Shown in pieces: positions 36,833 to 45,651 of a DNA stretch of 64,000 nt. The notes beneath the pieces were generated by a model. The model was given only the letters and a program-made list of their open reading frames with translations, had not been told where the DNA came from and ran no database searches. A program made the position numbers and the translations under genes. The stretch's first letter is position 1; each line of letters opens with the position of its first letter. The DNA comes from Verrucomicrobiia bacterium (GTDB lineage Bacteria; Verrucomicrobiota; Verrucomicrobiia; Limisphaerales; JAJOIW01), in the NCBI GenBank assembly GCA_030425355.1, contig JAUIAG010000001.1, positions 790 through 64,789 on the forward strand, given 5' to 3'.

Positions 36833-38125
36833 ATGAAGAATAACGCGGTGGAACGGGATTCGCACGGGACAGAAAACCGGAGGGGCCCGGTCGGGTCCCG
36901 GAGAAATTTTGTGAGAGCTTCGGCCGTGGCGGCATTCAGCAGTGCCCTTGGCCTGGATATTCCTTTTGGACGTTTCCTGCCGCAGGGAATGACTCCGGTT
37001 GCCCTGGCCCAGCAGCTCCCTTCCGAAGCGGATCTGCTCAACGGGAAAAAGGGACTGAGGGTCCTGAATGACCGCCCAGTCAACGCGGAAACTCCCGCCA
37101 CACTCCTGGATGGGGAGATCACCCCGATTTCCCGCCATTTTGTCCGGAACAACGGAATTCTGCCGGAGCGGGCGCTGGGCATGAACCTGGACGGGTGGAA
37201 ACTGGAAATCGACGGTGAAGTCGGGCAGAGCCTCAGCCTCTCCATGGAGACCCTCCGCAATGAGTTTGAGGTGATTGAAAGGGCCTATGTGATTGAATGC
37301 GGCGGCAATGGACGGGCCGGTTTCCATCCGCCGGCCAGTGGAAACCAGTGGACTCTCGGTGCGGTCGGGTGCTCGCTTTACCGCGGCGTGCGTCTGCGGG
37401 ATGTGCTGGAGCGGGCCCGCCTCAAGCCGGACGCGGTCTACATCGGTTATTACGGTGAGGACATTCATCTGAGCCGGGATCCTGACAAGGTTGTCATTTC
37501 AAGAGGATTCCCGATCGGGAAGGCCATGGATGAGCACACCATGCTGGCATGGGAGATGAACGGCGAGGTTCTGCCGGCGCTGCATGGTTTTCCACTGAGA
37601 CTGATCTGTCCGGGGTGGCCCGGGTCCGCCAGCGGCAAGTGGCTCACGAGAATCACGGTGAGGGATAGAGTGCACGACGGCCCGAAGATGACCGGCTACT
37701 CGTATCGTGTCCCCAAATATCCGGTGGCACCGGGCACCGAAGTGCCCGAAGAGGACATGCAGATCATCGAGGAAATGCCGGTAAAATCGATGATAACATT
37801 CCCTGCATCGGGCATGGAAATCCGGGTGGATGATGTGCTGCCGGTCCGGGGCAACGCATGGAGCGGGATGGGCAATGTCAGTGCGGTTGATCTCTCCATT
37901 GATTTCGGTCAGACATGGAAACGCGCTGAAGTGGCGGATCCCCGGAACATGTATGCATGGCAGCGGTGGAAGACCCATCTGAAATTCCCATCGCCGGGAT
38001 ACTTTGAAGTGTGGGCCAGGGCGACCGATCACACGGGAGCCATGCAGCCGATGGTTGTTCCGGGCTGGAATCCCCGCGGTTACCTCAACAACGCCATGCA
38101 CAGAATCGCCGTCAAGGTCAGCTGA
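36833..38125 (+). CDS. Sulfite oxidase/dehydrogenase family molybdoenzyme (SorA-like), Tat-exported
   Basis: Tat motif SRRNFVRASAVAAF, Mo-binding cysteine box VIECGGNGR, and a C-terminal Ig-like dimerisation region. Confidence 0.8.
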   Translation: MKNNAVERDSHGTENRRGPVGSRRNFVRASAVAAFSSALGLDIPFGRFLPQGMTPVALAQQLPSEADLLNGKKGLRVLNDRPVNAETPATLLDGEITPISRHFVRNNGILPERALGMNLDGWKLEIDGEVGQSLSLSMETLRNEFEVIERAYVIECGGNGRAGFHPPASGNQWTLGAVGCSLYRGVRLRDVLERARLKPDAVYIGYYGEDIHLSRDPDKVVISRGFPIGKAMDEHTMLAWEMNGEVLPALHGFPLRLICPGWPGSASGKWLTRITVRDRVHDGPKMTGYSYRVPKYPVAPGTEVPEEDMQIIEEMPVKSMITFPASGMEIRVDDVLPVRGNAWSGMGNVSAVDLSIDFGQTWKRAEVADPRNMYAWQRWKTHLKFPSPGYFEVWARATDHTGAMQPMVVPGWNPRGYLNNAMHRIAVKVS

Positions 38126-38130
38126 CACCC

Positions 38131-38589
38131 ATGAGCCGGTTTAAACATTTCCAAATACTCCCCGTATTGGCCATCGCTGTGGCCGGTGCCTTTTCCCACG
38201 GGGTTCTGATGCCCGGCGGGACGGCGCAGGACCGGGATTTTTCTGATTCCGCTCCAGACGGTTCCCGCCAGCAGGAGACATCCGCGGTTGCGCAACAGGA
38301 AATTCTCTTCGGGCTCAAGCCGGGACCGGGGAGGGAACTGGTGCTTGGTTACTGCATGCCCTGCCATTCCACGACACTGGTGGCGGCCAATCACATGACT
38401 CGGGAAAACTGGGACAAAACCATCGGTAAAATGCAGTCGGTCAATGGCATGCAGCCCATCCCGGATGACATTCGCAGACAGATCCTCGATTATCTTGAAA
38501 CCGCCCAGAGAGTGGAGGACAGAAATCTTCAGGCTTCGAAACAGTCGCCGTGGGCCAGCCCGCTCTACAGTCCGAACCCACTTTGGTAG
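38131..38589 (+). CDS. Monohaem cytochrome c (SorB-like partner)
   Basis: ATG 38131 lies 5 nt after the sorA-like stop. Signal peptide MSRFKHFQILPVLAIAVAGAF and a single CMPCH motif. Confidence 0.65.
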   Translation: MSRFKHFQILPVLAIAVAGAFSHGVLMPGGTAQDRDFSDSAPDGSRQQETSAVAQQEILFGLKPGPGRELVLGYCMPCHSTTLVAANHMTRENWDKTIGKMQSVNGMQPIPDDIRRQILDYLETAQRVEDRNLQASKQSPWASPLYSPNPLW

Positions 38590-38631
38590 ACCAGCCTGGT
38601 CAGAACGGCCCCACGGGGTGCCGGATCGTTT

Positions 38632-39246
38632 TCATCCCTCCCGGGCGTTGCGGATGAACGCCGCAATCCTGTCAGGGTCCTTGATTCCCGGCAGGACTTC
38701 GACACCGCTTGAAACGTCCACTCCGTATGGGCTGGTGGCCGTCACCGCCTGCCGGATATTGTCCGGTGTGAGGCCTCCGGCGAGGAGTATGGGGTGGCCC
38801 ATCTCCCGTGCTTCGACGGCAAGATCCCAGTTGAATCGATGGCCGGTGCCGCCGTGTGCCCCCGGTGAATAACTGTCGAGTAGCCATGCAGCCGCACCGC
38901 GATATTCCCCAAGCAGTTTCAGTGACTCCCGGTCTTTGATTCGGAAAGCTTTGATAACCGGCAAATGAAAACCTGCGATGAAATCCGGCGATTCCTCACC
39001 ATGGAACTGCAGGCAGTTGATCCCCGCTCTTTCAACAGCCTCCTCGACTTCATTCCGGTCGGGATTGACGAAAACACCGACCCTTGTGATGAAGGGGGGC
39101 AGATCCCGGATGATGACTGCAGCGGAGGCAATGTCCACATTCCGTTTGCTTGGGGCGTAGAACATGAATCCCAGTGCATCGGCTCCGGCCGCCACTGCCG
39201 CGCCGGCGTCCATTGACCTGGTTATCCCGCAAATCTTGACTTTCAT
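38632..39246 (-). CDS. trpF: Phosphoribosylanthranilate isomerase
   Basis: MKVKICGITR...DALGFMFYAPSKRNV...LAGGLTPDNI. Start at ATG 39246, 4 nt after the hemB stop. Confidence 0.9.
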   Translation of the reverse strand: MKVKICGITRSMDAGAAVAAGADALGFMFYAPSKRNVDIASAAVIIRDLPPFITRVGVFVNPDRNEVEEAVERAGINCLQFHGEESPDFIAGFHLPVIKAFRIKDRESLKLLGEYRGAAAWLLDSYSPGAHGGTGHRFNWDLAVEAREMGHPILLAGGLTPDNIRQAVTATSPYGVDVSSGVEVLPGIKDPDRIAAFIRNAREG

Positions 39247-39250
39247 ACTG

Positions 39251-40267
39251 TCACCCATTTCCGTTTCCGGCCGCAATTTCGGCCGCAATTTCAGGAGCAA
39301 AGTATGAGAGTATCAAATCGGCCCCTGCCCGTTTGAGGGCAAGCAGCGATTCATCACGGGTGGAGCGGTAATCCAGCCAGCCCATTCTGGCTGCGGCATG
39401 GATTTGCGAGAACTCTCCGGAGACCTGGTAGGCAGCCAGAGGGAGGTCAGTGGATAATCTGAGCCTGTGGAGGATATCCAGGTACGGGCCTCCTGGTTTG
39501 ACCATGAGCATGTCGGCTCCCTCCTCGGCATCGATGAGAGCGTCCATTACGGCCTGCCTCGGGTTTGCCGGATCGAGCTGGTACTGGCCCTTGTCAAGAT
39601 AGGTGGATCCTGCGGCCTTTTTGCTCCCGATGGCATCCCTGAATGGCCCGTAGTAGGCTGAATTGAATTTAGCGGCATAGGCGAGGATGCTGGTATTGAT
39701 GAATCCGGCGTCATCCAGAGACTCCCGGATGGCCTGCACCCGGCCATCCATCATATCGGATGGGGCGACCCAGTCGGCACCGGCTTCCGCCTGCAAAACA
39801 GCCAGCCGTGAGAGGACCTCAACCGTGCGGTCATTGTCGACCCAGCCATCCTCCCGGGGTATGCCGTCGTGGCCATGGCTTGTATAGGGATCAAGAGCGA
39901 CATCCATGACAATCACAAGCTCCGGAAGGGCCTGACGGATGGCCCGGATGGCATTCAGAGTGAGACTTTCGGGGTTCAGTGCATAAGTGCCCTCATGGTC
40001 CTTGAATTCCGGGGGAATCACCGGGAACAGAGCGACAGCGCGAATGCCAAGGCTGGCCCATCGCTGACATTCCTCAACCGCTCTCTCAAGAGGATATCTG
40101 AAGACTCCCGGCATGCTTCCGACTTCTTCCGGCTCGCCACCGGGCGGCTTGATGAAAACCGGTGCGACAAGGTCCTCCAGGCGCAGCCATGTTTCCCGGA
40201 GCAGTTCACGGGTCTGGGGATTGCGCCGCAGCCGTCGCATCCTTCGATTGATTTGAAGCTGATTCAT
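39251..40267 (-). CDS. hemB: Porphobilinogen synthase (delta-aminolevulinate dehydratase)
   Basis: RRLRRNPQTRELLRET..., active-site regions VAPSDMMDGRV and MVKPG.PYLD, and YQVSGEF. Confidence 0.95.
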   Translation of the reverse strand: MNQLQINRRMRRLRRNPQTRELLRETWLRLEDLVAPVFIKPPGGEPEEVGSMPGVFRYPLERAVEECQRWASLGIRAVALFPVIPPEFKDHEGTYALNPESLTLNAIRAIRQALPELVIVMDVALDPYTSHGHDGIPREDGWVDNDRTVEVLSRLAVLQAEAGADWVAPSDMMDGRVQAIRESLDDAGFINTSILAYAAKFNSAYYGPFRDAIGSKKAAGSTYLDKGQYQLDPANPRQAVMDALIDAEEGADMLMVKPGGPYLDILHRLRLSTDLPLAAYQVSGEFSQIHAAARMGWLDYRSTRDESLLALKRAGADLILSYFAPEIAAEIAAGNGNG

Positions 40268-40407
40268 ACGTCAGACCCAAGAGACTACCGGGATCCCCGG
40301 AGTCTTCAAGTCCGGCTGAATCCGCGTCGGCCCCCGCTGTATTCGGGACGATGATTCCAATGATCTGCGTGGCGGTCCGTTTTCCCCCGGCCCTGAGACT
40401 CCCTGCA

Positions 40408-40749
40408 TTAATCCTCGACTGAACCTGCCACAATAAAAGCGATGGTGGCACCCCATGAGCCCTCGCCCTCGCCGGCCATGGTGAAGGACTCAACAAACGG
40501 GCTTTTTTCCAGAACACTGTGCACTGTCCGCCTCAGATGGCCGCGGCCCTTGCCATGGACAAGCCGCACACGTCTGAGGCCCATGGCATGAACTTCCCCG
40601 AGGTATGCCTCCACGATGTCCCCGACCTCCCCGGGCGGAAATGTATGCAGATCCAGCTCAGGCCCGATGGGAATGCTGACCGGCCCGTCAAAAGCCGCAT
40701 CGAAACCCCCGGCTCTTTCACTTTCTTCATCTGATCCGTCCCTGCTCAT
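40408..40749 (-). CDS. Smr domain protein
   Basis: LDLHTF...VRLVHGKGRGHLRRTVHSVL is a typical Smr (MutS2 C-terminal-like) core. 113 aa. Confidence 0.7.
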   Translation of the reverse strand: MSRDGSDEESERAGGFDAAFDGPVSIPIGPELDLHTFPPGEVGDIVEAYLGEVHAMGLRRVRLVHGKGRGHLRRTVHSVLEKSPFVESFTMAGEGEGSWGATIAFIVAGSVED

Positions 40750-41027
40750 GTACTGAAATCTAACAGCGGGCTCCCGGAACAGCAGGCATGAATTGCCTCC
40801 AGTGTCTCGATCTCGCCTGAATCATGACTCAAATGAGGACAGATTCCGGCATTTTTTGCCGCTGACTCGTGGAGGGCTTCCGGGAACAAATGGCCTGAGG
40901 TGCCTGATTATCAGTCATTTGGCCGTTTTCGGGCCGTGTCGATGCTGCCGGTGCTGCAGAATTTGCCTTATTTTTAGACGAGAGTGTCGATAATGTGGAA
41001 AAGACCAACCGCAGTCTCACAACAACT

Positions 41028-41618
41028 ATGAAAAACCTGATCGAACATCACAATTATGACAGGGGGGAGGACTCATTCCCGGCTTCCGGTGGCTTATCGG
41101 AAAGTCGTCAGCCCAACACCCATCGGGTCATGAAGAACATGGCGATTAATCTCGTCGTGGCAATGGTGGTGTTTTTCGGATCTTTTGTAGCCGGAAACAA
41201 GTTCTTCTTCACGATAGTCCGGGTCAATGGAACCAGCATGGCCCCCACCCTGGCGGACGGAGACCTCTATATCCTCAACAAACTTACCTACAAACTGCGG
41301 GACCCTCGTGTGGGTGAAGTGGTCGTCTTCAGAGACCCGGATGACTCTCTGCTCTCCATAAAACGGGTTGTCGGTATCCCCGGGGATACCCTCATGATCC
41401 GTGATGGTGTTGTCTACCGCAACAATGAGCCGATCACAGAGCCGTATCTGGAACAGAACACCAAGACCTTCCTGTTTGAAGAATCGAGAAACGGCATGGT
41501 GACCCTTCAGGACAAGGAGTTCTTCCTTCTGGGAGACAATCGGGAAAACAGCCTCGACAGCCGGTTCTACGGCGGAGTCAGCAAGACCTCCATCCTCGGT
41601 GTCATCAACAAATCCTGA
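41028..41618 (+). CDS. lepB: Signal peptidase I
   Basis: Catalytic Ser box VNGTSMAPTL, the RVVGIPGD Lys box region, and GDNRENSLDSRFYG. The start is uncertain: GTG 40995, ATG 41028 or ATG 41130. Confidence 0.85.
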   Translation: MKNLIEHHNYDRGEDSFPASGGLSESRQPNTHRVMKNMAINLVVAMVVFFGSFVAGNKFFFTIVRVNGTSMAPTLADGDLYILNKLTYKLRDPRVGEVVVFRDPDDSLLSIKRVVGIPGDTLMIRDGVVYRNNEPITEPYLEQNTKTFLFEESRNGMVTLQDKEFFLLGDNRENSLDSRFYGGVSKTSILGVINKS

Positions 41619-41654
41619 ACAGGCCTCCACAGCCTGAAATCTGAATTTACATTC

Positions 41655-41698
41655 AAAAAGAGCCTGGCGGCCGGATATCGGCCCGACAGGCTTTCCTT
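41655..41698. terminator. Candidate bidirectional terminator between lepB and the convergent HEAT-repeat gene
   Basis: An imperfect hairpin AGCCTG..GGCCG-gatat-CGGCC...CAGGCT is flanked by CAAAAAG on one side and TTTCCTTTC on the other. Confidence 0.5.
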
Positions 41699-42532
41699 TC
41701 AGTCCACAGAGAAATTGAAGAACCTCTCCCAATAAGCCACCGTTTCGGCAGCCTCCCGGCTCACCGAGGGATTCGGATGATGCTGAAGCGCCAGCACGCG
41801 ATCTCCGCCCTGTTCCTGCAGTGGCATAGTCCTTATGGCAGCCAGAGTCCGCTTTAAAACTTCATCACTGGTGTCATTCAGACTTTGCAGAATCACAGGA
41901 TACGCTTCATTGATTCGACGTTTTGAGCTGAGGAATCCCAGGGCATAGACAGCTGCGGCCCTGACACGCGTGTCTTCAGGCGATGACTCAAGCAGCCTGA
42001 CCAGCGGCGGGATGCTCCGGCTGCCTATGGCGGCCAGACACCAGGCAGCCTCAAACGCAAGCTCACTGTCGGAAAGATGGTCGAGGATGTCCGGGATCAG
42101 CGGTGCAGCTTCAAAACCCAGCGTCGGCACGGCACGAAACACCTGCTTTTTCTGAGCCCATGATGGAGTTGCCATCCGGGTGGGATAATCCATGGATGAG
42201 ATATTCTCATCCAGCCATATCCAGAAAGGCAGCATGAATGTGTCTTCAGATCTCAGTCGCTGCCGCAGATGGGGTATACAGTCCGCCCCCATGGCAACCA
42301 GAGCATCTGCGGTGGTCTTTCGGGGAGTCTCGTTCACGGCACCGAAAAGTTTCAGATCATTCAAATACCATGAAAGTGATTTGCCCTCCCATTCGGGCTC
42401 GTTGACACTTCCGGCGGACAACAGGACCATGGCGGCACACACAAGAATGCCAACCAGCATGGTGATCCCCATGGCTGAAAAGGCTAACCACTTTGGTGGA
42501 AGCTGCCCGAGGTTCACCGTCCGCTGATGCAT
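41699..42532 (-). CDS. Membrane-anchored HEAT-repeat protein
   Basis: N-terminal TM segment (ITMLVGILVCAAMVLL). Repeated HEAT-like helices (CIPHLRQRLRSED, RVRAAAVYALGFL, LKRTLAAIRTM). Confidence 0.55.
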   Translation of the reverse strand: MHQRTVNLGQLPPKWLAFSAMGITMLVGILVCAAMVLLSAGSVNEPEWEGKSLSWYLNDLKLFGAVNETPRKTTADALVAMGADCIPHLRQRLRSEDTFMLPFWIWLDENISSMDYPTRMATPSWAQKKQVFRAVPTLGFEAAPLIPDILDHLSDSELAFEAAWCLAAIGSRSIPPLVRLLESSPEDTRVRAAAVYALGFLSSKRRINEAYPVILQSLNDTSDEVLKRTLAAIRTMPLQEQGGDRVLALQHHPNPSVSREAAETVAYWERFFNFSVD

Positions 42533-42653
42533 ACGGGCGATAAACTCATCACAGCCATGACAAAGTCAATGCCACCAGACATAATTCCTGATTTCCAAGC
42601 CGTGTCTGTCTCGCGTATGGTACGGGCCTGATTTTTGATCGTGATATTTATCG

Positions 42654-43715
42654 ATGGATATGAACAGCGTTGAAGAGAAGAAAGGCGGCCCAGTGGACGG
42701 ACGTCGCGGCATCATGGCAGGTGGAAACTGGATTGTCGATCAGGTGAAGATCATCGATACCTACCCGGCACAGGACCAGTTGGCCAATATAGAAGCCCAA
42801 AGTCAGGGCACAGGCGGATCACCTTTCAATATTCTAATCGACCTGGCCCGAATCGGTGCCGAGTTCCCGCTGATTGCCTGTGGAAGCATCGGAAAAGACG
42901 CTCCCGGCAAGTGGATTCTGGATCAGTGCCGAAGCCACAACATCGCCATCGATCAGCTTTCTGGAAGCGATGCCAGTCCTACATCATATACCGATGTGAT
43001 GACTGTTCGATCCACAGGCAGGAGGACATTCTTCCACCAGCGGGGAGCCAATGCTATCTGGGATGGAAGCGAACTGGACTTTTCGGCGAGCACGGCAAGG
43101 ATCTTCCACCTTGGCTATCTGCTGCTGCTGGATGCCCTGGATGAGCCCCACCCTGAATTCGGCACCCGGGCCGCCGAACTTCTCAACCGTGCCCGTGAAG
43201 CCGGACTCAAGACCAGTATCGACGTTGTCAGTGAGGACAGCGACCGGTTTGCGTCCATTGTCAATCCGGCGTTGAAATATACAGACTACGCCATTCTCAA
43301 TGAAATTGAAGCCGGCAAGACCACCGGCGAGTCCATTCGTGGCGCCGATAATTCACTGAACAAAACGGCTCTTCAGAATGCAGTTTCCCAAATGATTGAT
43401 CATGGCGCGGGCAATGTGGTGGTCATTCATTTTCCGGAAGGTGCGTACGCCAGGACCGTCTCGGGAAAGGAATACTGGCAACCGTCCCTGAAACTGCCCG
43501 ACAACTTTATCAAAGGGGGTGCCGGGGCCGGTGATGCCTTCTGCGCCGGCACACTCTACGGGCTTCACGAGGGGCTCGATGTACAGGAATGCCTCAGAAT
43601 CGGGGTCGGTGCCGCCGCGACGTCGCTGTCTCACCCCACCTGCACGGAAGGTGTCGGGACCCTCGACGCCATACGGCAAATCACCTCGGAACTCGGGTTC
43701 AGGGATTCAATCTGA
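42654..43715 (+). CDS. PfkB-family carbohydrate kinase
   Basis: GGSPFN N-terminal motif and the C-terminal GAGDAFCAG ATP/anion-hole motif. Confidence 0.75.
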   Translation: MDMNSVEEKKGGPVDGRRGIMAGGNWIVDQVKIIDTYPAQDQLANIEAQSQGTGGSPFNILIDLARIGAEFPLIACGSIGKDAPGKWILDQCRSHNIAIDQLSGSDASPTSYTDVMTVRSTGRRTFFHQRGANAIWDGSELDFSASTARIFHLGYLLLLDALDEPHPEFGTRAAELLNRAREAGLKTSIDVVSEDSDRFASIVNPALKYTDYAILNEIEAGKTTGESIRGADNSLNKTALQNAVSQMIDHGAGNVVVIHFPEGAYARTVSGKEYWQPSLKLPDNFIKGGAGAGDAFCAGTLYGLHEGLDVQECLRIGVGAAATSLSHPTCTEGVGTLDAIRQITSELGFRDSI

Positions 43716-43773
43716 ACAGTATCCCCGTATCAGAATCACGGTCAGGTCAGGAAACCGGCCGCGATGAAAATGA

Positions 43774-43809
43774 ATGAAAACGGACCGGCAGAAACCGGTC
43801 CGTTTTCAT
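43774..43809. terminator. Bidirectional rho-independent terminator (pfkB-family gene / efp)
   Basis: Perfect 15-bp stem ATGAAAACGGACCGG-cagaaa-CCGGTCCGTTTTCAT. The GC core is flanked by an A-run and a T-run, so it is usable on both strands. Confidence 0.8.
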
Positions 43810-43842
43810 TGAATTGTATGATGGAAATCCGTGCCTTGGCGC

Positions 43843-44403
43843 TCAGTTGGCCCGTTCCATGTATTTCCCATTCCGTGTATCCACTTTGACCTTGTCTCCG
43901 TTCTTGATGAACAGAGGAGCCTGGATATTGATTCCGGTCTCGAGAGTCACGGTTTTCTGAACATTGTTGGCGGAATCCCCTTTTATGCCCTCCGGGGCAT
44001 CGGTCACTGTCAGAACAATGCTGGAAGGCAGCTCGACGGAAACCGGTTTGCCGTCCACAAATATCAGCTGAACGGAACAGTTTTCGGTCATGAACCGCTC
44101 GCAGTCACCCACGATTTCGGCATTGACATTGACCATCTCGAAGGTGTCGGGATCTGCAAAAACAAAATCATTCCCGTCCTTATAGCTGTATTCCATACGC
44201 TTGTCCTCCATCGGCACAACCTCGACCTTTTCAGTGGAGCTGAAACGGACATCCATGGATTTACCAGTCCGTAGATTTCGAAGGGATGCCTGAACAAATG
44301 CCCGAAGGTTTCCGGGAGTGCGGTGCTGCATGTCCAATACAACGCAAACTTCGTTGTTGTATTTGATCGCCATGCCTTTCCTGAGATCGTTACCAGTTGC
44401 CAT
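43843..44403 (-). CDS. efp: Elongation factor P family protein (non-canonical loop, EfpL/YeiP-like features)
   Basis: 186 aa, collinear with EF-P (KGM..., three OB-like domains, C-terminal VDTRNGKYMERAN). The loop reads TPGNLRAF where E. coli EF-P has KPGKGQAF. Confidence 0.9.
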   Translation of the reverse strand: MATGNDLRKGMAIKYNNEVCVVLDMQHRTPGNLRAFVQASLRNLRTGKSMDVRFSSTEKVEVVPMEDKRMEYSYKDGNDFVFADPDTFEMVNVNAEIVGDCERFMTENCSVQLIFVDGKPVSVELPSSIVLTVTDAPEGIKGDSANNVQKTVTLETGINIQAPLFIKNGDKVKVDTRNGKYMERAN

Positions 44404-44556
44404 AATTAAGAGATATCAATCGGGTTCAGTCGAGAATGACCCCATAATGAGGACGGGAAGCCTGCCCTATCCCCGGGATAATTTCAAGTGATTAAGGCAG
44501 TCCATGGAGGCGTTGTGGCGGCATGCCCGGCTGACGGCTCTCTGCAGGGTACCGAT

Positions 44557-44586
44557 AAAGGCCGATCCATCAACGGATCGGCCTTT
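44557..44586 (-). terminator. Candidate terminator hairpin downstream of 44676..45080
   Basis: Perfect 12-bp stem AAAGGCCGATCC-atcaac-GGATCGGCCTTT, but only a short U tract (UUUA) follows on the minus strand. Confidence 0.45.
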
Positions 44587-44675
44587 CGGGCTGTGAAGAA
44601 AGACTAATGTTGCCGGGGTTGCCGGGCAACCACCCCCATTGCCGGAACAACTCCGGTCATTCTCATCGCGTCGGG

Positions 44676-45080
44676 TTACTCAACCCAGGCGTATGTTCCC
44701 TTGCCAACTTTCTTGATCTCGGGAGTCTTTTTGCCGGTTGCCTGGAACCATGCATGAACATTGGTTGACTTCTGTCCAAGCTGGTCGGCGATGTCGCGGA
44801 CAGCGGCACCTTCCGGACCGGCCGCCTTGAGGATGCCTACAATGGCATCACGGACTGCGCCACGGCGGCCCCCACCGCGGGTTACCTTGCGGGCGGCTTT
44901 TTTCACGGTGGACCCGGGCTTGCGTCCGCGGGGTCTGCCGACTGGAGCCGGGGCAGCCCCGCTGCCGAATGAAGCAAGTTCCCTGTCGATCTCGGCAATC
45001 TGTTCAGCGAGCTTTGATTTTTTCTCGATAAGCGAGGTTATCTTCTTAAGGTCAGAGGCGGTTAAGCTAGTTAAGTCCAT
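44676..45080 (-). CDS. Small DNA-binding-like protein: coiled-coil + AT-hook-like motif + winged-helix-like C-terminus
   Basis: 134 aa with GRPRGRKPG (AT-hook-like) at residues 48-56 and a basic linker. The C-terminus AVRDAIVGILKAAGPEGAAVRDIADQLGQKSTNVHAWF...VGKGTYAWVE looks like a winged helix. Confidence 0.6.
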   Translation of the reverse strand: MDLTSLTASDLKKITSLIEKKSKLAEQIAEIDRELASFGSGAAPAPVGRPRGRKPGSTVKKAARKVTRGGGRRGAVRDAIVGILKAAGPEGAAVRDIADQLGQKSTNVHAWFQATGKKTPEIKKVGKGTYAWVE

Positions 45081-45172
45081 AGTTTTTATGTTGATCTCAA
45101 ATCAGACTGTATGCAAATAAAATAAAAGAGTTTTTGAAAGTATTTTTTTTAGTTTTTTAAAGGGATCGCATC

Positions 45173-45607
45173 ATGGACTGGAATCACATTCATCTGGCAA
45201 CAAATCATCTCCCCGTAGTGGGCACAATTTTCTGTCTCATCTTCTGGTTTTTTTCAACGGCCAGGAAGTACACCGAGGGGATGAGGATGGTTTTATGGAT
45301 AGTGGTTTTCACGTGCGTCACCGGCATAGCAGTGAAATTCACCGGAGAACCCGCAGCGGAGAATGTGAAGGCGGAGCAGTCGGTTATCCAATCTCATGAA
45401 GACTGGGCGGATCGGGCGACGACCGGACTTTTCGTGTGGCTGCTATTTTCGGGATGGGCGCTGTGGGACAGCCGCGGCAGCCGGAAAACAGTCAGACCGG
45501 TGGCGTGGTGGATGGTCACGGTTGCGGGTGTTGCAACCATGATCCTGCTGATCGTGGCCGCCTATCATGGCGGGCAGATCAGTCACCCGAACCTCCGTCC
45601 CGCCTGA
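45173..45607 (+). CDS. Integral membrane protein (4 TM, DUF2231-like)
   Basis: 144 aa with four hydrophobic segments and a C-terminal HGGQISH motif. Confidence 0.5.
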   Translation: MDWNHIHLATNHLPVVGTIFCLIFWFFSTARKYTEGMRMVLWIVVFTCVTGIAVKFTGEPAAENVKAEQSVIQSHEDWADRATTGLFVWLLFSGWALWDSRGSRKTVRPVAWWMVTVAGVATMILLIVAAYHGGQISHPNLRPA

Positions 45608-45651
45608 AACCGGCACAGACCGGTCCGGCGCATCAATGCTCCAGAAACAGT

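Noticed and set aside
39269-39292. Tandem 12-nt repeat ggccgcaatttc x2.
   Set aside because: It lies within the hemB 3' end and simply encodes the duplicated peptide EIAAEIAA. It is a trivial in-frame duplication.
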